Positions 9,020 through 18,101 of a DNA stretch of 40,852 bases are shown here, one piece after another. Each line of letters begins with the position of its first letter. Position 1 is the first letter of the stretch. The stretch is from NCBI GenBank assembly GCA_964419925.1, contig CAYQPR010000005.1, positions 1 to 40,852 of the forward strand. The letters are read 5' to 3'. The position numbers and the translations under genes were made by a program. Origin of the DNA: Candidatus Woesearchaeota archaeon. GTDB taxonomy: Archaea > Nanobdellota > Nanobdellia > SCGC-AAA011-G17 > GW2011-AR20. The notes under the pieces are model-generated. The model searched no databases. It was not told the origin of the DNA and saw only the letters and a list, made by a program, of their open reading frames with translations.

Positions 9020-10089
9020 TAAACAAATACAAACCAAAAAAATTAAGTGAAATAAAGGGGCAGGATTTTCAGATACAAGAATTAAAAAATTATGTTTTAA
9101 GAAAAGAACCGGTTCTAATTCATGGTGAAACTGGAATTGGAAAAACTGCAACGGTTTATGCCTTGGCAAAAGAATTAGATTATGAAATTTTAGAAATAAA
9201 TGCTTCTGATTTAAGAAATAAAGATCAAATACAGGAGATAATTAAAAATAATTTAGAACAAAAAAGTTTGTTTGGAAAAGAAAAATTAGTTTTGATAGAT
9301 GAAGTTGATGATTTAAATGCAAGCGATAGGGGTGGATTACCTGAATTAATAAGTTTATTAGAAGGACCATTCTTTTCAATAGTTTTAATTGCTAATGATC
9401 CTTGGGAAAGTAAGTTTAAAGTTTTAAGAAGTAAATGTCAATTAATTGAATTTAAAAGATTAGGAAATGATACTATCTTAAATTCGATAAAAGAAATTAA
9501 TGAAAAGGAGAGCCTAAATATTGATGAAGAACTCCTTAATCAGATTGTAAAAAACTGCAAAGGCGATTTAAGGGCAGCAATTTATGATTTAGAATTAGCA
9601 AAAATAAATAACAAAGAAGTTGATGTTAGAGATAAACAAGAAAATATACAAAATATTTTAAGAAGAATCTTTAATAAAAAAGAAGTAAACTCCAGGCTAT
9701 TTGATAACCTTGATGAAAATTTAGATGAGATATTATTATGGTTAGAGGAAAACACTCCAAAAGAATATGATAAAAATAATCTAAGCAAAGCATTTGAATC
9801 TTTAAGTAAAGCCGATATTTACAGAAAAAGAATAATAAAGTGGCAACATTATCGATTTTTGGTTTATCAAAGTTTATTAATGCAAGCAGGTGTTTCATTA
9901 GCAAAAGATAAAGAAAATAATAATTATAACAATTATCAAAGAAGTTCTAGAATTTTAAAAATTTGGATATATAATATGAAAAATGCAAAAAAGAAAGAAT
10001 TTCTTAAAGAATTATCTTTAGGAATTCATACTTCTCCTAAAAAATTAAATAACGAATTACCTTATATGAGAAAATTTTTAGAATTTTAA
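9013..10089 (+). CDS. rfcL: Replication factor C large subunit (short form)
   Basis: KYKPK, GETGIGKT, EINASDLR, IDEVD, IANDPW, GDLRAAI, WLEEN, LSKADIY...WQHYRF. Confidence 0.95.
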   Translation: MLINKYKPKKLSEIKGQDFQIQELKNYVLRKEPVLIHGETGIGKTATVYALAKELDYEILEINASDLRNKDQIQEIIKNNLEQKSLFGKEKLVLIDEVDDLNASDRGGLPELISLLEGPFFSIVLIANDPWESKFKVLRSKCQLIEFKRLGNDTILNSIKEINEKESLNIDEELLNQIVKNCKGDLRAAIYDLELAKINNKEVDVRDKQENIQNILRRIFNKKEVNSRLFDNLDENLDEILLWLEENTPKEYDKNNLSKAFESLSKADIYRKRIIKWQHYRFLVYQSLLMQAGVSLAKDKENNNYNNYQRSSRILKIWIYNMKNAKKKEFLKELSLGIHTSPKKLNNELPYMRKFLEF

Positions 10090-10923
10090 AGAGTTTAATC
10101 TTTTAATTCTTTCATTTACATTAGGATGAGTTGAAAATAAATTAAATAAGAAGTTTGTTTTAAATGGATTTGCTATAAACAAACTCGAAGCAGCTTCTGA
10201 TCCGAATCCTAAAGGATGTTGTTTAACAGATGAATGGATTTTTTCTAAAGCCTTTGCTAAAGGTTTTCCATCTTTTACTAATTTAGCCCCCGTTTCGTCT
10301 GCAAGGTATTCTCTTGATCTTGAAATTGCCATTTGAATTATTAATGCAATTATTGGAGTTAATATTGCTAATACTAATAAACCAATTAAACCACCTCCAC
10401 GTTCATCATCTTTTCCACCACCAAAGATAGCTGCAAATTGTGCCATATGTGCTAAATATGAAATAACTCCTGCGATTGTTGCTGCTATTGTTGCAACTAA
10501 GACATCCCTATTCTTAGCATGACTTATCTCGTGAGCTAAAACCCCTTTCAATTCTTCTTTAGTTAATAAATCTAAAATTCCTTTTGTGCAAGCAACGACA
10601 TAATGGCTTGGACCTCTGCCTGCACAAAAAGCATTTGATTGCTCTGTTGGAATTAAATAAACTCCTTTTGGCTCAGGAATATTTGCTTCTTTTGAAAGTT
10701 CTTTTATCATTGAATGCAACCAAGGATATTCTGATTTTTTTAATTCTTTAGCATGATAAAACATTAAAGCAATTTTATCTGAAAAAAAGTAAGTAACTAT
10801 ATTCATAATTAAAACAAAAGCAATTGCAACTGTTAATCCTGTTGAACCATAGAAACTTCCAACAAATAATAGAAGAGCAGTTAGTACTCCTAACAATAAA
10901 ACAGTTTTAATTTGATTCCACAT
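10078..10923 (-). CDS. htpX: Membrane zinc metalloprotease HtpX (M48)
   Basis: N-terminal TM helices, NAF, ELKGVLAHEISH, SRSREYLAD, FSTHP. Start taken as ATG 10923. Confidence 0.97.
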   Translation of the reverse strand: MWNQIKTVLLLGVLTALLLFVGSFYGSTGLTVAIAFVLIMNIVTYFFSDKIALMFYHAKELKKSEYPWLHSMIKELSKEANIPEPKGVYLIPTEQSNAFCAGRGPSHYVVACTKGILDLLTKEELKGVLAHEISHAKNRDVLVATIAATIAGVISYLAHMAQFAAIFGGGKDDERGGGLIGLLVLAILTPIIALIIQMAISRSREYLADETGAKLVKDGKPLAKALEKIHSSVKQHPLGFGSEAASSLFIANPFKTNFLFNLFSTHPNVNERIKRLNSLKF

Positions 10924-10966
10924 TTTAAACAAAAAGGTTTATATCTTTAAAAATTTTGTGATTGGT
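10924..10966. promoter_or_regulatory. Compact bidirectional promoter (htpX / ATPase)
   Basis: 43 bp between divergent ATGs. AAAAAGG-TTTATAT on + and TTTTAAAG on -, each about 25-30 nt from its start codon. Confidence 0.55.
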
Positions 10967-13582
10967 ATGCCTTATCCAATAATTATAGGTAGAAATGAAA
11001 AAGAGAAAAAAGAACTGGGTGATAAAGGTTTAGCTTACATTGGAAAAAGTTATGTTCAGATGGGAAGTACGAGTTCTTTAAGTAATTATATTTTTTTAGA
11101 CATTGCAAAGCCTCATACAATTTTAATTGCGGGTAAAAAAGGATCTGGAAAATGTCTGACCGGCGATTCTTTAATTACATTAGAAGATGGTTCTATTAAA
11201 GAGCTTAAAGATTTAGTTAATGATAATAATAAAATTTTAGCTTTAAATAATGAGTTAAAAGTTTCGAAATCAGATAAAAACGATTTTTTTGAAAGAGAAG
11301 TAGAAGAAGTGTATCATGTTAAATTAAGAAGTGGAAGAGAAATAAAATTAACACCAGAACATCCTTTACTAACCATAAAAGGTTGGAAACCGGTTTATGA
11401 GTTAAGTTTGGGGAGCAGGGTTGCGGTTCCGAGAAAATTAGAAGTTTTCGGTGATGAAAAAATGCCTGAACACGAAGTTAAATTATTAGCTTATTTGTTA
11501 GCAGAAGGGCATACTAAACAAGTTACTTTATTCGCAAACTCAGATCCAGAAATTGTAGAAGAATTCAGATCATCTCTGAAGACATTCGACCATTCTTTAG
11601 TTTTACTAAATGAAAAGAAAGACCATTATAGAATCTCTTCTCCAAATTGGAAAACCAAAGTATTAGTTTCCGGTATGAGAAATGAAAATGGTCATTTTGC
11701 AAAAGGGTGTAAAAATATATATGAAAAAAGAAGCATAAGAAAATTAACTGAAAGAGAAAAATTATATGGTCTGCTTGCTCCGCAAAAATTTATTTCACAA
11801 AATATCTTAAAATTAAAAAAAGAATTGCTAGTTATATTTTTAAATAGATTATTCAGTTGTGATGGAAGTATATATAAAGATAAGAAAGGCCATTCAGAAT
11901 ATTGGGAAATAAGTTACGCTTCATCATCAAAAAAATTAATACATCAAGTTCAACATTTATTGTTAAGATTTGATATATTATCAAAGCTTAGAAAAAAGAA
12001 GATTAAAAATAATGATAAAATATTCAATTCTTATGAGATTGTTATTAATGAGGCAACCATTTCAAAATTTATAGAACAAATAGGGTTCTTTGGTGTAAAG
12101 AGAAAAAGACAAGAACAATGTATAAATGAACTTGCAAATTCAAATAAAATCAGAAACCCAAATGTAGATACGATACCAAAAGAAATTTGGGAATTACACA
12201 AACCAGAAAATTGGACTAAAATTGGAAAATATTTTAATTACAAACATCCTAAAGCGATGCGAGAAAGATTATTTCACAATCCCTCAAGGCAAACTTTATT
12301 AAAAGTGGCTGAATCTGAACAAAGCAATCCTTTGATGTTATTGGCAAACTCTGATGTGTTTTGGGATGAAATTGTCTTAATGGAAAAATTAGAGGGTAAA
12401 TTTAAAGTATATGATATTTCAGTTCCAGAGTTACATAATTTTGTGGCTAATGATATTTTTGTCCATAATAGTTATTCATTGGGTGTTATTGCAGAAGAGG
12501 TTATTAATGCTCCAGAAGAAGTAAGAAAAAATATTTCAATCTTAATATTCGATACAATGGGAATTTTCTTTAGTATGAAATATCCAAACGAAAGACAAAG
12601 AGATGAATTATTAAAATGGGGACTTGAACCAAAGGGAATGGATGTTAAAGTTTATATTCCCAAAGGGAAATTTGATGAGTATAAGGAAAAAAAGATTCCG
12701 GTAGATTATAGTTTTTCTATTCGTCCAAGTGAATTAAATGCGAGTGATTGGTGTAATGTTTTTAATATTGAACTAACAAGCAATATTGGAATTTTAATTG
12801 AACAAGTTTTAAATAAATTAATTGGAGATTATTCTATTGAAGATATTATTGCAGAAACAAGATTAATTAAAAATTCAGATGATTCCACTAAAAGTGCGGT
12901 TGAAAACAGATTCAACGCAGTCAAAACATGGGGTCTATTTGATTTAGAAGGAACAGAAATAAAAGATATAATAAAACCGGGGGAAGTTTCGATATTAGAT
13001 ACAAGTGTTTATGAAGATTTTAATGTCAAAGCAATTGCTATAAGTATTATTTGTAAAAAATTATTTAATGAAAGGGTTATGGCTAGAAAAATTGAAGAAG
13101 TTTCTGAAATTGAGGAGCATCAAAGTATGTTTTCAAGAGAAGAAAGAAAATTAGAACGGCCTTTAGTTTGGTTATTTATTGATGAAGCTCACGAATTATT
13201 AAAAAGAGAAGGCAAAACCCCTGCTTCAGATATTTTAACACAAATTATTAGAGAGGGGAGACAACCCGGAATAAGCATGGTTATGGCAACACAACAGCCT
13301 GGCGAGATTCATCGAGATGTTATTACCCAAAGTGATATTGTAATGAGTTTTAAGGTTACAGCTAAACCCGATATTGATGCTTTAAATTTAATAAATCAAA
13401 CTTATTTAACGGAACAAATTTTGGATCATATGAATAATCTTCCAAAAGAAAAAGGTTCTGCAATAATTTTAGATGATAACTCTGAAAGAATTTATAGTAT
13501 CAAATTAAGACCAAAACTAAGTTGGCATTCTGGAGATACACCTTCAGCAATATTATTGAAAAAAGAAATTATGAAAATATGA
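10967..13582 (+). CDS. HerA/VirB4-like (DUF87) P-loop ATPase with intein
   Basis: Walker A GKKGSGK|S split by an intein; Walker B LFIDEAH; REGRQPG and MATQQPG motifs. ATG 10967 preferred over GTG 10958. Confidence 0.88.
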   Translation: MPYPIIIGRNEKEKKELGDKGLAYIGKSYVQMGSTSSLSNYIFLDIAKPHTILIAGKKGSGKCLTGDSLITLEDGSIKELKDLVNDNNKILALNNELKVSKSDKNDFFEREVEEVYHVKLRSGREIKLTPEHPLLTIKGWKPVYELSLGSRVAVPRKLEVFGDEKMPEHEVKLLAYLLAEGHTKQVTLFANSDPEIVEEFRSSLKTFDHSLVLLNEKKDHYRISSPNWKTKVLVSGMRNENGHFAKGCKNIYEKRSIRKLTEREKLYGLLAPQKFISQNILKLKKELLVIFLNRLFSCDGSIYKDKKGHSEYWEISYASSSKKLIHQVQHLLLRFDILSKLRKKKIKNNDKIFNSYEIVINEATISKFIEQIGFFGVKRKRQEQCINELANSNKIRNPNVDTIPKEIWELHKPENWTKIGKYFNYKHPKAMRERLFHNPSRQTLLKVAESEQSNPLMLLANSDVFWDEIVLMEKLEGKFKVYDISVPELHNFVANDIFVHNSYSLGVIAEEVINAPEEVRKNISILIFDTMGIFFSMKYPNERQRDELLKWGLEPKGMDVKVYIPKGKFDEYKEKKIPVDYSFSIRPSELNASDWCNVFNIELTSNIGILIEQVLNKLIGDYSIEDIIAETRLIKNSDDSTKSAVENRFNAVKTWGLFDLEGTEIKDIIKPGEVSILDTSVYEDFNVKAIAISIICKKLFNERVMARKIEEVSEIEEHQSMFSREERKLERPLVWLFIDEAHELLKREGKTPASDILTQIIREGRQPGISMVMATQQPGEIHRDVITQSDIVMSFKVTAKPDIDALNLINQTYLTEQILDHMNNLPKEKGSAIILDDNSERIYSIKLRPKLSWHSGDTPSAILLKKEIMKI
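11153..12469 (+). mobile_element. Intein with LAGLIDADG homing endonuclease (439 aa)
   Basis: Starts CLTGDS, block B TPEHPL, endonuclease motifs LLAYLLAEG and FLNRLFSCDG, block F VYDISV, ends VHN followed by Ser +1. Confidence 0.95.
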
Positions 13583-14133
13583 AAGACAAATTTACTTTAA
13601 GAGCTGAAGAAGAAGGGTATAGGGCAAGAAGTGTTTACAAATTAATTTTTATGAATAAGAAGTATGATATAATTAAAAAAAATTATAATATTCTTGATTT
13701 GGGTGCATGGCCGGGTTCATGGATGCAAGTTTGTTTAGATTTACAAGCAAAAGTTACAGGAGTAGATATTAAACCAATACAAAGTATGACCGGAGGAAAA
13801 TTTATTTTAGGAGACATTTATGATGACAAAACATTTGAAAAAATTGAAAAAAATGGTAAATATGATACAGTTTTAAGTGATTTAGCTCCAAAAACAAATG
13901 GGATAAATAATCAAGAACTAAGTTATGATTTAAGTTCTATGGCTTTTGAGATTGCTAAAAAAGTTTTAAAGAAAAATGGAAATTTTTTATGCAAAATGTT
14001 TCAAGGTCGAAACTTTAATGAATTCTTAAAAGAATTAAAGAAAAATTTTGAATTTGTAAAAAGTGTTAAACCTGAAGCTTCAAAGAAAAAGAGTAATGAG
14101 ATGTACTTCGTTTGTAAGGGTTATAATGGTTGA
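13579..14133 (+). CDS. rlmE: 23S rRNA 2'-O-methyltransferase RlmE/FtsJ
   Basis: YRARSVYKL, LDLGAWPGSW, SDLAP, KMFQG, SNEMY (K-D-K-E tetrad). ATGA overlap with the ATPase stop gives start 13579. Confidence 0.93.
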   Translation: MKDKFTLRAEEEGYRARSVYKLIFMNKKYDIIKKNYNILDLGAWPGSWMQVCLDLQAKVTGVDIKPIQSMTGGKFILGDIYDDKTFEKIEKNGKYDTVLSDLAPKTNGINNQELSYDLSSMAFEIAKKVLKKNGNFLCKMFQGRNFNEFLKELKKNFEFVKSVKPEASKKKSNEMYFVCKGYNG

Positions 14134-14981
14134 TATTTTCCACGACTTTCTCTTTTAATTTTTCCTTGGTTAGATAAATTCGATAAAGCAATGTATAAAC
14201 TAGGTTCACTAATTTCGAGACTTAACCTATTTAAATAAGATTTAATTTCTGGTAGAGTTTTACATTGATGCTCTATTGCTTCGATAACATATTTTTCTTT
14301 GTTCTCTCCTCTTTTTAGTTTAGATAATCCTTTAAATCCGCTTTCCGATATTAAACCAATTTTTCTTAATTTTAATTTTAATTCCTTAACTTGATCGTTT
14401 AATCCTTCATTATCTACTTTTTTTGCTTTATAAGTTTTAAATTCTTTTTCTAACTTAGAATATTTTTCTTCCAACTTATTATAATCTTCTTGAATATTCT
14501 CTCTTCTCTTAATTTCTTCATTTAATAATTTTTCACCGTGTTCTATTTCCGCAATAAAACCCTCTTCGCTTGTTTGGTAATTTTTTATTTTCATTTCATA
14601 ATCTTTTATTCTTCCTTCTAAACCTGTTTGAAATTCGCTAACCGATTCGACTAATGCACGATTAGTTGGGCTTAATTCAACTTGTAATTTAGAATCCTCG
14701 GTGATATCTTCTAAAGAAATTTTTTTAACATCGCTTCTCTTTGAGGTTTTGCTTTGGATAAGTAAATCTAGGTAATCAAGAACTCCCCCTTTATTTAAAC
14801 CCTCCTTACCAATCTCTTTAATGATAATATAAGGGCGTTTTTGTTCAATGGAGTAATCTTTAAAACCTTTAAGTTGGGTTCTTAAAGTTTTGATTATGTG
14901 GAAATATAAATTTGAATCATCTGCATTTTTTGAATTGCTTTCTACTTTAATTTTAATATTATATTTTTGAACCATAAACAA
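14121..14981 (-). CDS. Hypothetical coiled-coil protein with C-terminal winged-helix domain
   Basis: Central heptad-rich K/E stretch; C-terminal TLPEIKSYL...SLYIALSNLSNQGKIKRESRGKY. Confidence 0.65.
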   Translation of the reverse strand: MFMVQKYNIKIKVESNSKNADDSNLYFHIIKTLRTQLKGFKDYSIEQKRPYIIIKEIGKEGLNKGGVLDYLDLLIQSKTSKRSDVKKISLEDITEDSKLQVELSPTNRALVESVSEFQTGLEGRIKDYEMKIKNYQTSEEGFIAEIEHGEKLLNEEIKRRENIQEDYNKLEEKYSKLEKEFKTYKAKKVDNEGLNDQVKELKLKLRKIGLISESGFKGLSKLKRGENKEKYVIEAIEHQCKTLPEIKSYLNRLSLEISEPSLYIALSNLSNQGKIKRESRGKYQPL

Positions 14982-15026
14982 TTCTTAAAATTGGTTATTT
15001 ATAAATCTTTCTATTTTAAACCACTT

Positions 15027-15821
15027 TTAAGTAACTACAAAATCAACACAAACTCGATAGTTGTAAGGGGAAATATTTCCGCATTTTGTGATATTTAAAA
15101 GTTTTATTTTTTTAAAATGTTTTTTAATTTTATTCAAGACTTCGTCCGGAAATTCTTTTTCATTGCAAAAATCATAAAAATGAATTATTGTCTTTTTTTT
15201 AATTTTATTTTTAATTAAGTTTAAATAATTTTCAGCGTTTTTTGGAGCAGGCATTAAAATACGATCAAATTTTAAGTTTATTTTTGGAAGTATCGTTTTA
15301 ACATTTCCTTTAAATAAATTTAGATTTGTTAGCTTATTTAACATTGTGTTCTCAATAGCATAATCATGAGCGATAGGATTTATTTCAATCCCATAAACTT
15401 CTTTTGCTTTTGAATTTTTGCTAATGATTATTGGATAAACCCCGATGCCAGAGAACATTACCAAAACAATTTCATTCTTCTTGATTTGTTTTGCAATTCT
15501 TAATCTTTCGTTGCTTAATCTTGGAGAGAAGTAGCATTTTTCAACATCTAATTTAAATGAGCATCCACTTTCTTTATGTATTGTTCCCCTTTTATTTTCT
15601 CCAATTAATAATTTATATTTTGGAAGCCTATAGATTCCGGAGATTTTTTTTGTTTTTAATAAAATTGTTTTAATGTTTTTATTTGTGTTTAAAACATGAT
15701 TTGCAAATAGTTTCTGATTTTTTAGATTACCATTCAAACTTGAAAAGATTGCAATATCTCCAATAATGTCAAATGATTTTTGTTTAAATTCATTTATTGT
15801 ATTTTTATTAACAATTTTCAT
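15027..15821 (-). CDS. trm5: Trm5/Taw22-family tRNA methyltransferase (Met-10+ like)
   Basis: SFDIIGDIA, YFSPRLSNER, MFSGIG, EINP, FDRILMPAPK. PAPK in place of NLPK resembles Trm5a/Taw22. Confidence 0.8.
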   Translation of the reverse strand: MKIVNKNTINEFKQKSFDIIGDIAIFSSLNGNLKNQKLFANHVLNTNKNIKTILLKTKKISGIYRLPKYKLLIGENKRGTIHKESGCSFKLDVEKCYFSPRLSNERLRIAKQIKKNEIVLVMFSGIGVYPIIISKNSKAKEVYGIEINPIAHDYAIENTMLNKLTNLNLFKGNVKTILPKINLKFDRILMPAPKNAENYLNLIKNKIKKKTIIHFYDFCNEKEFPDEVLNKIKKHFKKIKLLNITKCGNISPYNYRVCVDFVVT

Positions 15822-15880
15822 ATAATTAAAGAAAAGTAAGATTTATATATAGTTTATGATTTAGTTAAAAAGAGATTCCT

Positions 15881-16852
15881 ATGAAAAAAAACGAAAAAAA
15901 GAAGGGAAATAATTATTTTTATTTGTTTCTTGTTTTATTTGTAGCTTTTGTTCTATCTCAAGTTATTTTTTTAAATCAAGAAGGTCTTATGATTAATAAT
16001 GAGATTACTGGAGCGATAGAGTTGGATCCTGCGGGTGGGCTTGGAAATCTTTTTGGAAGTGATGTTAGTGTTCAAGGTGAGTCTTATCAAATATGGTTAT
16101 TATTAGCTGTTTTTGCTGTTGTTTTTAGTATAATGTATAATGGAACTAGTTTATTATCATTTTTTCAAGGCGATGAAAGAAGAGGTACGAGAATAATTAT
16201 TTCTTTAGCAATTAGTGCAATTACTTTATTTGCAACTCCAATAATGTCATTGATTGCTATTTTAATTTCATATGTTGGTGCATTTGGAAGCCTTGCAGTT
16301 ATATTTCTACTTGGTGCGATTATTTACATTTATACACATCAAACTTTGAGAGATCGGATTAGAGAAGTTTGGCCTGGTGGAAGGAATCAAAACCAACAAC
16401 AGAATCAAAATCAGAATCAACAACAAAACCAACAACAGAATCAAAATCAGAATCAACAACAAAACCAACAACAAAACCAACAACAGAATCAAAATCAGAA
16501 TCAACAAAATATTGGACAACTTTTAAGACAAAATAATTATCAACCTATGCAAGTTGCTCATGCTCAATTAATTCAAGCGTTCAACGGTAATAATCCTAAT
16601 ATGAATACAATAAATAATCGTTTAGGTTTGATTAGACAAAATGCTTTAGGAATAATAAATTATTTGGGAAATGCAGGTTTAGCAGGTCAAAATGTAAATC
16701 TGGTTATGACAAGAGCAGGTACGATAAATACTAGAGTAACTAATATTTTAAATCAGAATTTTAATGTAAATCAATTACAACAGTTAAGGCAGAGATATAA
16801 TTTAATAATTCCTGTAATGAATCAACTTGGACAAGCATTAAATAATTTATAA
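15881..16852 (+). CDS. Membrane protein with Q/N-rich C-terminal domain
   Basis: N-terminal anchor, ITGA motif, about 3 more TM helices, a pure Q/N repeat, then a D/E/K-free tail. Confidence 0.8.
   Translation: MKKNEKKKGNNYFYLFLVLFVAFVLSQVIFLNQEGLMINNEITGAIELDPAGGLGNLFGSDVSVQGESYQIWLLLAVFAVVFSIMYNGTSLLSFFQGDERRGTRIIISLAISAITLFATPIMSLIAILISYVGAFGSLAVIFLLGAIIYIYTHQTLRDRIREVWPGGRNQNQQQNQNQNQQQNQQQNQNQNQQQNQQQNQQQNQNQNQQNIGQLLRQNNYQPMQVAHAQLIQAFNGNNPNMNTINNRLGLIRQNALGIINYLGNAGLAGQNVNLVMTRAGTINTRVTNILNQNFNVNQLQQLRQRYNLIIPVMNQLGQALNNL
16388..16507 (+). repeat. Coding tandem repeat: 36-bp unit x3 plus one 12-bp partial unit
   Basis: CAAAACCAACAACAGAATCAAAATCAGAATCAACAA exact at 16388, 16424 and 16472; extra CAAAACCAACAA at 16460. 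Each unit encodes QNQQQNQNQNQQ. Confidence 0.95.
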
Positions 16853-16853
16853 A

Positions 16854-17087
16854 ATGTTTCCTTTTAACTTATTCAAAAAAAAGAAAGAATTTCCACCATT
16901 GGAAGAAGATAATCTAGATTTAAATCAAAACGCTTCTCAAGAACTAAATACTTTTTCAAATAGACCAGAACAAAATTATTCTAGTTTTGATAAACAAGAT
17001 TTAATTCTAAGTAAATTAGATGCAATAAATGCTAAAATTGAGAATATGACTGAGAGATTGAAAAAAATTGAGGAATTAGCTAAATAA
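16854..17087 (+). CDS. Small hypothetical protein with C-terminal coiled coil
   Basis: LILSKLDAINAKIENMTERLKKIEE heptads; starts 1 nt after the upstream stop. Confidence 0.7.
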   Translation: MFPFNLFKKKKEFPPLEEDNLDLNQNASQELNTFSNRPEQNYSSFDKQDLILSKLDAINAKIENMTERLKKIEELAK

Positions 17088-17519
17088 TTATTTAGTTACA
17101 TATGGGCTTACAACAGGTTCAATTAAAGGCCATACATAAGGGGCGGCAACAACCAAAACACCTATAATGAGGCTGTGCGTCCATGTTTCTTTTAATCCTT
17201 TTGAACTTCCAACCGTTGATTTAACTACAGCAGAAGCTGCATGAACCTTAATAATCGTTAACAACCCTATTCCAATTTGGAAAAAGATTGGATTCTGTAT
17301 TAATGGAATACCTTGAAAAAATGCAAAGTTAGTATAAACATACTCAGTATTCATAGTAATAAAAATAGCAAGAATTGCCCAAAAAACAGAATGCATACCG
17401 TGACTTAACCAGTGACTTCCACGAAAATTTTCATCCCTATGAACCAAGATAAGTTCGTATAACCCAACAACAGCTCCCATGATTAAAGATGGAATTATGA
17501 TTAATTCTGTTTCTACCAT
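17088..17519 (-). CDS. Hypothetical integral membrane protein (about 4 TM, His-rich)
   Basis: Hydrophobic segments with conserved-looking VHRDE, HWLSHGMH, KVH and ETWTH motifs. Confidence 0.75.
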   Translation of the reverse strand: MVETELIIIPSLIMGAVVGLYELILVHRDENFRGSHWLSHGMHSVFWAILAIFITMNTEYVYTNFAFFQGIPLIQNPIFFQIGIGLLTIIKVHAASAVVKSTVGSSKGLKETWTHSLIIGVLVVAAPYVWPLIEPVVSPYVTK

Positions 17520-17573
17520 TGATTATTTTTTAATTTAGTTATATTTAAATATTATGTTTTTTAATTAATATCA

Positions 17574-18101
17574 ATGAAACCTTGGTTGCACAAGATAGAA
17601 GTCATTGTTGATAAGATAATTCCTTATTTAGTGTTTATATTATTAATTTTAATCGTCGGTGAATTTACACATTATAGCCTTATTGAAGAGAACAAAGATA
17701 TTGTTTTGATTTTAGATTATTTTATTGTTGGAGTTTTTGTAATTGATTTGAGTTTTAAGTATTATCGAATAAAAGACGCTAAAACATTTTTTAAAAAATA
17801 TTGGCTTGATTTAATTGCAGTATTCCCTTTCTTTCTATTATTTAGGTTAGTTGAAGAAGCTATTCTGGTTTTTAGAATAAGTTCTGAGCTTGGAGAATCA
17901 CAAAAGATATTACACACTTTAATTGAAGCTGGGAGAATCTCTAGAGAATTAAGTGAAGAAGAGAGAGTTTTAAGAGAAATACAAGAAGCAACTAAATTAG
18001 AAAGAACAACATTATTCGGAAGAATTTTAAGGCCATTAGAAAGAATTCCTAGAATTTGGAGAATGCTACACTTTTATGAACGCCCTTATAAAAGAGATTA
18101 G
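17574..18101 (+). CDS. Ion-transport/voltage-sensor-like domain protein without a pore
   Basis: S2-like FVIDLSFKY, S3-like YWLDLIAVFPF, S4-like RILRPLERIPRIWR; no pore helix or GYG filter. Confidence 0.7.
   Translation: MKPWLHKIEVIVDKIIPYLVFILLILIVGEFTHYSLIEENKDIVLILDYFIVGVFVIDLSFKYYRIKDAKTFFKKYWLDLIAVFPFFLLFRLVEEAILVFRISSELGESQKILHTLIEAGRISRELSEEERVLREIQEATKLERTTLFGRILRPLERIPRIWRMLHFYERPYKRD

Noticed and set aside
16388-16507. 36-bp repeats as a possible CRISPR array
   Set aside because: The units are contiguous with no unique spacers, are in frame, and encode Q/N.
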